A DNA stretch of 64,000 nucleotides, from the NCBI GenBank assembly GCA_014801865.1, contig JAAVDH010000039.1:3657-67656 (forward strand). The letters run 5' to 3'. Each line of letters opens with the position of its first letter. The stretch's first letter is position 1. This DNA is from Bacteroides sp. (lineage in GTDB: Bacteria > Bacteroidota > Bacteroidia > Bacteroidales > Muribaculaceae). Below are positions 58,748 through 64,000 of the stretch, one piece after another. The notes under the pieces are model-generated. The model was not told the origin of the DNA. It worked only from the letters and a program-made list of their open reading frames with translations, and ran no database searches. The position numbers and the translations under genes were made by a program.

Positions 58748-60967
58748 ATGAAAAGTAACATGAAACATCTGGGCGTGGCTTTCATGATGGCTACGGCCGT
58801 AGGTGCTTCGGCCGAGACTGTGGTGACCTGGAGCACTTTGGGCAACTCTGTGACGGCTGATGGAAAGCCTGTGTATACTCAGCGCTTTACTATCAATAGT
58901 GACAAGAATTTTGCACGTCTTGCGTTTAATCAGTTTGAGACTGATAAACAGCCTGTAGATGCCTCCGATTCTATAATAGAGATAGTACCGAGCTATTATG
59001 CCATAAAGTCACCTAAGTTTGCCGATGCCAAGGGCAAGACCGTGGTGGTCGATATAGTTACATCCGGTACATTCTCAAATATCTGCTTCGCCCCCGACGG
59101 AGTTCATCTGGTGAACAATGACGGCACGACCTCACCGGTGGAAATGAAGTGGGATAATATCATCGAGTCGCCTGAAATGTATTCCAACGGCAACTTTAAC
59201 CGCATGCCTTACGGCGACGCTTTATTTCTTCTGAATGAGCAGCGCAATCGTGGCGAGCAATTGGGTGCATACGATATAATACCTTCTTTTAAGGAGGTAA
59301 GCTTGACCGATGGCGCACCTACGGATGCTTCGGCATGTGAGGTGACAATTGTTGAGACAGAGAATCCTCAGCCCGACTGGATGCAGATAACCGTTGAAGG
59401 CGGACGCATCACCGCTAAGACCAACAATAAGGCATTGGCCCGTACGCGTATCAACAACCTTCTCAGCAGGGGAGGCATGCTCCCTGCGGCTGTAATCACC
59501 GATTATCCCGACTTCGGCTACCGCGGACTGATGATAGACATAGCCCGTAATTATCAGTCGCCTGAGGAGATGGAGCGCATACTGCAACTGATGAGCCGTT
59601 ATGGTTTTAATGTGCTCCACTTCCATATTGCCGACGATGAGGCGTGGCGCCTTGAAATACCCGGCCTCCCTGAACTGACTGACGTAGGAGGACGCCGCGG
59701 ATATACGCTCGACGGTAAGGACTTCCTGCCACAGATTTATTCAGGCGACGGAAACCCCGCTACGACAGGCAACAGCTCAAATGGATATTTCACCCGCACC
59801 GACTTTATCAATCTTCTTAAGAAGGCCGATGAATTGGGGATAAGAGTGATACCCGAAATAGAATCGCCGGGCCACGCGAGAGCCGCTATCGTGGCTATGG
59901 AAAATCGCCTCAGAAACACCGGTGATGACACCTATCGCCTGATGGATCCCGATGACAAATCGGTATACTCTTCGGCGCAGGACTATCACGACAACGTTAT
60001 GAATCTGGCCATGCCCGGTCCGATGCTCTTCATGACCAAGGTAGGCGAGGAGATAAAGCGTATGTACAGTGATGCCGGAGTTGAACTTCCCGCAATTCAT
60101 ATCGGTGGCGATGAGGTGGCTATGGGCGCATGGAAAGGCTCACCTATAGCTCAGGCGTATATGGCCGACCACGGTATTACCAATGAGCGCGACCTCCATC
60201 TTATATACGTGCGTGATATCGTTAAGGCCTATGACAAGCTCGGCATACCCGTATCGGGATGGCAGGAGATAGCCGTGGGCCACGATGAAGAGTTTAACAA
60301 CGAAGTGCGCCCCTACATCTATAGCGTGAATTGCTGGAGCACCTTAGGTGGCGAAAGTTCAGTGCCGGCACAGTCTGCCACAGCAGGTTATCCCACGGTA
60401 TTGAGCAACGTAGACCGCTTCTACATGGACTTGGTATATAACTTCCATCCTCAGGAAAGAGGCCTTACATGGGGTGGCGCCGTTGATGAATTTAAGTCAC
60501 TCGGAGGTTATCCCAAAGAACTCTGTCAGGTTGACGAAAATAGCTTCAAGAATGTCATAGGACTGTCAGGTCAGTTATTCAGCGAAACCGTCCGTTCGCC
60601 TCAGATGCTTGAGTCTTACCTGCTGCCCAAGATGCTTGGTCTTGCTGAAAGAGCATGGAACATGGATACTACCTACACCGAACCACGCTTCAATGCTGCC
60701 GTCAACCGCGAGATGCCCGTATGGAATCGTGAGGGCTATAACTTCCACGTAGGCCTGCCGGGAATCACTGTCAGGGATGGCTACATCATAATGAACGCCC
60801 CCTATCCTGATGTCGAGATACGCTACACTCTCGACGGATCCGAACCCACAGCCGAATCGCCCCTCTATACCGATCCGATTCGCTACTACGGTCAGGACGT
60901 ACGAGCCCGTGCTTTCCTCCCCCAATACGGCAAACACTCCCTCACCACCATCTACCTTCCCAAATAA
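58748..60967 (+). CDS. GH20 beta-N-acetylhexosaminidase with C-terminal Fn3-associated/chitobiase domain
   Basis: YRGLMIDIAR, HIADDEAWR, PEIESPGH, HIGGDE catalytic pair, RYTLDGSEP. Confidence 0.95.
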   Translation: MKSNMKHLGVAFMMATAVGASAETVVTWSTLGNSVTADGKPVYTQRFTINSDKNFARLAFNQFETDKQPVDASDSIIEIVPSYYAIKSPKFADAKGKTVVVDIVTSGTFSNICFAPDGVHLVNNDGTTSPVEMKWDNIIESPEMYSNGNFNRMPYGDALFLLNEQRNRGEQLGAYDIIPSFKEVSLTDGAPTDASACEVTIVETENPQPDWMQITVEGGRITAKTNNKALARTRINNLLSRGGMLPAAVITDYPDFGYRGLMIDIARNYQSPEEMERILQLMSRYGFNVLHFHIADDEAWRLEIPGLPELTDVGGRRGYTLDGKDFLPQIYSGDGNPATTGNSSNGYFTRTDFINLLKKADELGIRVIPEIESPGHARAAIVAMENRLRNTGDDTYRLMDPDDKSVYSSAQDYHDNVMNLAMPGPMLFMTKVGEEIKRMYSDAGVELPAIHIGGDEVAMGAWKGSPIAQAYMADHGITNERDLHLIYVRDIVKAYDKLGIPVSGWQEIAVGHDEEFNNEVRPYIYSVNCWSTLGGESSVPAQSATAGYPTVLSNVDRFYMDLVYNFHPQERGLTWGGAVDEFKSLGGYPKELCQVDENSFKNVIGLSGQLFSETVRSPQMLESYLLPKMLGLAERAWNMDTTYTEPRFNAAVNREMPVWNREGYNFHVGLPGITVRDGYIIMNAPYPDVEIRYTLDGSEPTAESPLYTDPIRYYGQDVRARAFLPQYGKHSLTTIYLPK

Positions 60968-61058
60968 TCCACTCTCTTAGAAAAAAGACTTGAGTTTGGG
61001 ATAGATCTTGATTCAGTATAATAGATATCAGGTAACCAATCTCTGTTAAGAGACATCA

Positions 61059-61104
61059 ATAGAATTAGCACTGTGTTATCCTTCTGACACAGCGCTAATT
61101 CTAT
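61059..61104 (+). terminator. Hairpin ending the PUL
   Basis: ATAGAATTAGCACTGTGTTA-TCCTTC-TGACACAGCGCTAATTCTAT. Confidence 0.7.
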
Positions 61105-61323
61105 ATGTTTGGGGTAGAGATATGTAGGAAGAATATAGGATGTATACTCTTATATGCGTCTCTGGACAAGGTTATAGAACTCGTCGCGGTTTTCTTGCGG
61201 GTCGTGGGCGGTTTGTGTGCCTACTGTAGGGACTTGCGGGATATCCTACTCCCATCTACGGCAATGGTCTGGCCGTATATGATATTATTCTATTAAGTAA
61301 GAGAGTGTTAGAATTTAAATGAT

Positions 61324-61734
61324 ATGATACAACAGATTGAATTCCGCCTTGCAGCTAAAAGGCGTGGGTGCCATTTGATTACAGGTGATATTATGCGTCA
61401 GCTGCCACAATTGCCTGCCACCGGCTTGCTCAATGTCTTTGTAAAACATACGTCGTGCGGATTGACTATAAACGAAAATGCTGATCCTGACGTAAGAACT
61501 GATCTTGACAACATATTGGATCATCTCGTGCCGGAACGTCAACCTTACTATGAGCATGTAATGGAAGGTGACGATGATATGCCGGCACACGCGAAGTCAT
61601 CTCTAATGAGTGTTTCACTCACAATCCCTATCACAAATCATCGTCTCAACCTCGGCATGTGGCAGGGAATCTATCTTTGTGAGTTTCGAGATTATGGCGG
61701 TGAGCGGACAATGGTGCTGACCATATATTCTTGA
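61324..61734 (+). CDS. yjbQ: YjbQ / UPF0047 family protein
   Basis: HTSCGLTINENADPDV, DDMPAHAKS and LGMWQGIYLCEFR motifs. Confidence 0.93.
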   Translation: MIQQIEFRLAAKRRGCHLITGDIMRQLPQLPATGLLNVFVKHTSCGLTINENADPDVRTDLDNILDHLVPERQPYYEHVMEGDDDMPAHAKSSLMSVSLTIPITNHRLNLGMWQGIYLCEFRDYGGERTMVLTIYS

Positions 61735-61751
61735 TTTATGGAACCAGCCGT

Positions 61752-61827
61752 AATTCTTCAATCGCTCAAAAAAGTTTAGCGACAGTAATAAAAAACATGT
61801 ATAAACTTGCAGGGACAATAGTTGTGT
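61752..61827 (+). repeat. Direct repeat copy 1 (76 bp)
   Basis: Matches 62636-62710 with 3 substitutions and one A indel. Confidence 0.92.
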
Positions 61828-61842
61828 TATGTACTTGTGGCT

Positions 61843-62115
61843 CTAACTGAACAGTTCCGAATGGGAGCCTAAACGAACAAGGCTGATTTCGTCAGTGTCG
61901 GGATCAAACCATATTAGCAGAAAATCACCTTCGATATGACATTCCATGTGCCCGGCGTAATCTCCCGTCAATGGATGCGGACGATTTTCTTCGGGTATCG
62001 GCAATTCGTTTTGCAGTAATTCCAAGATCTTGAAGAGCTTTTCAACTTTCTTGGGAGTATTACGAAAGCGTTTATAGTCTTTCTTATATTGCCTTGTAGG
62101 TTTGAGCTTTTTCAT
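61843..62115 (-). CDS. yafQ: Type II TA toxin, YafQ-family mRNA interferase
   Basis: HPLTGDY, ECHIEGDFLLIW and RLGSHSELF motifs. Confidence 0.93.
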   Translation of the reverse strand: MKKLKPTRQYKKDYKRFRNTPKKVEKLFKILELLQNELPIPEENRPHPLTGDYAGHMECHIEGDFLLIWFDPDTDEISLVRLGSHSELFS

Positions 62116-62366
62116 AAGCCCATGGATTTTTCCATCGCTTGAATAGATGTCAGGTCAAGAGCGGGTTCATTACGAAGAGCTCCACTTTCAGCTTCCCGCA
62201 TTGCAGCAAGGGTAGTGGCATTTGGTTCGTGGTATGCTGCATCAAGAAGCAAAGTCTCAACATAGTTGTTAAGGCTTCGGTTCTGACGCTTAGCAAGTTG
62301 CTTGAGACGGTCTATGAGGTCTACCGGCAGACGGAAGCTCTGGTTCTTTTTTAATGCTATGTCCAT
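62112..62366 (-). CDS. Antitoxin: N-terminal ribbon-helix-helix plus DinJ/RelB-like PNxxTxxAM tail
   Basis: SFRLPVDLIDRLKQLAKRQNRSLNNYVE (RHH) and PNATTLAAMREAE; ATGA overlap with the toxin. Confidence 0.88.
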   Translation of the reverse strand: MDIALKKNQSFRLPVDLIDRLKQLAKRQNRSLNNYVETLLLDAAYHEPNATTLAAMREAESGALRNEPALDLTSIQAMEKSMGL

Positions 62367-62379
62367 GGCTATATTATTT

Positions 62380-62427
62380 TATAATGCAAAGTTAATATAA
62401 ATGTATTACAATAACAACAGTATTGCA
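62380..62427 (-). promoter_or_regulatory. TA promoter (-7 TAACTTTG at 62394-62387) with palindromic operator candidates
   Basis: TGTATTACA at 62402-62410, variants TATAATGCA (62380) and AGTATTGCA (62419). Confidence 0.6.
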
Positions 62428-62635
62428 CTATATGTTTATGTGCTATGGAAAAACACTCTCTTACAGTAATGACCGTTGATGCAGCACTTTACCATGGGAA
62501 TCGACTCAGTCGAAATACTCTACTAATCAGCTTGGGAAGTTCGCTGCCTACGGCCGCTCTGACAACCTTCTCATAGAGGAGACAGGAGGGCTGTTATGAT
62601 CTCAAAGTTTTGCACTTCGATTTTCAAACTCCTCC

Positions 62636-62720
62636 AATTCTTCAATTGCTCAAAAAGTTTAGCGACAGTAATAAAAAACATGTATAAACTTGTAGGGGCA
62701 ATAGTTGTGTATTACTTTTG
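62636..62720 (+). repeat. Direct repeat copy 2, continuing into an intact -7 element (TACTTTTG 62713-62720)
   Basis: Matches copy 1; contains TTG at the -33 position and precedes the small ORF at 62808. Confidence 0.9.
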
Positions 62721-62807
62721 TGTGGTAGTCAGTAATAATATTCTTGTATGGGATATTCATTGGTGATTGTCTAATTCTTTTCATAACCAAATAAAATACC
62801 AATTCTA

Positions 62808-62942
62808 ATGCCTGAAGAGTATGTAGCGCCTGTGCTTGAAGAAATGGAACTTATAATTGAGGGTAGTTTCCTTTTAGCAACTTCGGGTAAACCCACTAAC
62901 GGAGGTGAGATTGAATTCATGGGTTGGGAGGATGAGGACTAA
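62808..62942 (+). CDS. 44-aa acidic peptide with YxxPxxE...EG..L..S motif (Bacteroidales small-protein type, function unknown)
   Basis: Not in the ORF track. MPEEYVAPVLEEMELIIEGSFLLATSGKPTNGGEIEFMGWEDED; own promoter, A-rich initiation region, hairpin at 62985-63017. Confidence 0.75.
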   Translation: MPEEYVAPVLEEMELIIEGSFLLATSGKPTNGGEIEFMGWEDED

Positions 62943-63131
62943 CTCCTCGAACTCCCGCCGTCATTCATTTCAGCCGTCATTCAATTAGGCGATAATATCA
63001 TCTATGTTATCTCCTAAAACGTGAATGTGACTTATCGGGTCGCATAGTAATCGTGTGTCTATTAAATTCTAATTCCTTTGCAATAACAGCTCTATAGAAC
63101 AATTTTTACGAAGAGTTGTCTCGCTTGTTTT

Positions 63132-63153
63132 GTGTCCAGAACAGGAGCACGAA
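63132..63153 (-). mobile_element. Putative att site: degenerate copy of a tRNA-Leu 3' end
   Basis: Minus strand TTCGTGCTCCTGTTCTGGACAC resembles a tRNA-Leu 3' end (GGTTCGAGTCCTGTTCTGGGCAC, from memory). It is followed on that strand by a terminator-like hairpin and lies 225 bp from the integrase. Confidence 0.55.
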
Positions 63154-63295
63154 TATTGAATTATATTGGACTGTGCTTAAAGTTTGCTGATTTTGCATTT
63201 ACTTGTTAATTATCTAACAATAAACTATTTACAACTACGATAAATCCAATTGAATTTTACTGAAATTCATCTCGATTTAGTTAAATTCAATCTTG

Positions 63296-63352
63296 GTTGA
63301 CACGGCGTTGACACGAAACCATTGCCCATGTCAACGGTTTTGATTAACTTTG
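63296..63352 (+). promoter_or_regulatory. Integrase arm-type site candidates and -7 promoter
   Basis: GTTGACACG x2 in tandem (63296-63304, 63307-63315), inverted CATGTCAAC (63327-63335), TAACTTTG at 63345. Confidence 0.6.
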
Positions 63353-63377
63353 CGTTATAAATTAAAACTGCTCTCCT

Positions 63378-64000
63378 ATGGCAACTCTTACACGCAATAT
63401 TACCAAAGGTACTAACCCGATGGGCAACGCGGAGATTCTTCTTCGCCTGTCCGTGTCGCGCAATCTTGTTGTGCGACTGAAGACCGGGCTGTGGATTGAC
63501 CCATCCAGATTTGACAAGGGTACATTCTCCCTTCCTAAAGACGCGACGGCAAGAGCCGAGATTCGCGCTATTGAGGATAAACTCATCGACATCGAAAGAT
63601 TTTTAATCAATCTTTGTGAAAAGATTGCACCGGATATTCTTTCGAAAGATTTTCTATTGGCACAATATGACCTGTTTCTTCATCCGGTTCCGGAAAAGAA
63701 GAAACGCACTCCCCGAGAGCCAAATTTTTTTGATACGTTTGAAGATTACATTGAAAAGAAGAATATATCAGAATGGCGCATAAAGCATCTGCGGGTATTG
63801 AAACGTGCGCTTATGCGATACGAATTGTACGTCCGCGCCAATGGTCGCTCTCGTTATAAAATCAAGCTCGACGAATTTACGGTTGAAGATGTCAACGGCT
63901 TTGAGAAATTTCTCAGGTCTGAACATAAGATAAGCGAGAAATATCCCGAGATATATCAGGTCGTTCCGGCTGACACGCATACCTCACGTAAGAAGCCGAA
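63378..64000 (+). CDS. Tyrosine recombinase/integrase of an integrative element, N-terminal part (arm-binding plus SAM-like domain)
   Basis: Not in the track (open to the window end). MATLTRNITKGTNPMGNAEILLRLSVSRNLVVRLKTGLWIDPSRF...FFDTFEDYIEKKNISEWRIKH...LDEFTVEDVNGFEKFLRSE resembles Bacteroidales integrase N-termini. The catalytic domain lies outside the window. Confidence 0.8.
   Translation, partial: MATLTRNITKGTNPMGNAEILLRLSVSRNLVVRLKTGLWIDPSRFDKGTFSLPKDATARAEIRAIEDKLIDIERFLINLCEKIAPDILSKDFLLAQYDLFLHPVPEKKKRTPREPNFFDTFEDYIEKKNISEWRIKHLRVLKRALMRYELYVRANGRSRYKIKLDEFTVEDVNGFEKFLRSEHKISEKYPEIYQVVPADTHTSRKKP

Noticed and set aside
61105-61296. 63-aa ORF or ncRNA between the PUL and yjbQ
   Set aside because: No protein motifs and only short, weak complementarities.
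62445-62576. 43-aa ORF (MEKHSLTVMTVDAALYHG...) divergent from the TA promoter
   Set aside because: No recognisable family. It may be a gene remnant, but this cannot be supported without a search.
61752-63153. Integron cassette array or CRISPR array
   Set aside because: The repeats lack RYYYAAC/GTTRRRY attC ends and long dyad symmetry, there are only two clear copies 884 bp apart, the integrase N-terminus is not IntI-like, and no cas genes are present.
63362-63980. Minus-strand ORFs 63362-63610 and 63768-63980
   Set aside because: Antisense shadows of the integrase ORF.

Overview
This is a chromosomal window from a Bacteroidales gut bacterium, probably Muribaculaceae-like (inferred from gene content and TAnnTTTG -7 promoters). 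(1) 1-34.9 kb is mostly core and stress genes: partial rprX kinase (missed by the ORF track), SF1 helicase, tRNA-His, an AT-rich ECF sigma/anti-sigma/outer-membrane barrel islet, AlkD, LMW-PTP, S41 protease, porin, FNT channel, cidA/lrgB, SOD, DUF4492-cydAB, tamB, priA, Nudix, ThrE pair, rho (long disordered insert, pyrimidine-rich leader), CMD-cupin, rubredoxin (missed by the track), BSH/PVA, hisS and an orphan aspT followed by a fused pair of IS150-like ends. (2) 35.0-61.0 kb is a complete HTCS-controlled polysaccharide utilisation locus: ROK kinase, NagB-like deaminase, MFS, GH18-ThuA fusion, SusC/D, surface lipoprotein, GH9, stand-alone ThuA, GH5, GH3, HGSNAT/NagX-like membrane protein and GH20. 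It looks like a chitin/chitosan (amino-sugar glycan) system without NagA. A candidate 21-bp-period HTCS operator is readable at both main promoters, and there is a structured intergenic RNA. (3) 61.3-64 kb holds yjbQ, an RHH-antitoxin/YafQ module bracketed by ~76-bp direct repeats, an unannotated 44-aa YxxP peptide gene, a degenerate tRNA-Leu-like att site and the start of a tyrosine integrase. Best candidates for an undescribed system: the ThuA/GH9/NagX-containing chitosan-type PUL, and the repeated promoter unit with its YxxP peptide and TA module. All calls come from motif reading; no database search was run.
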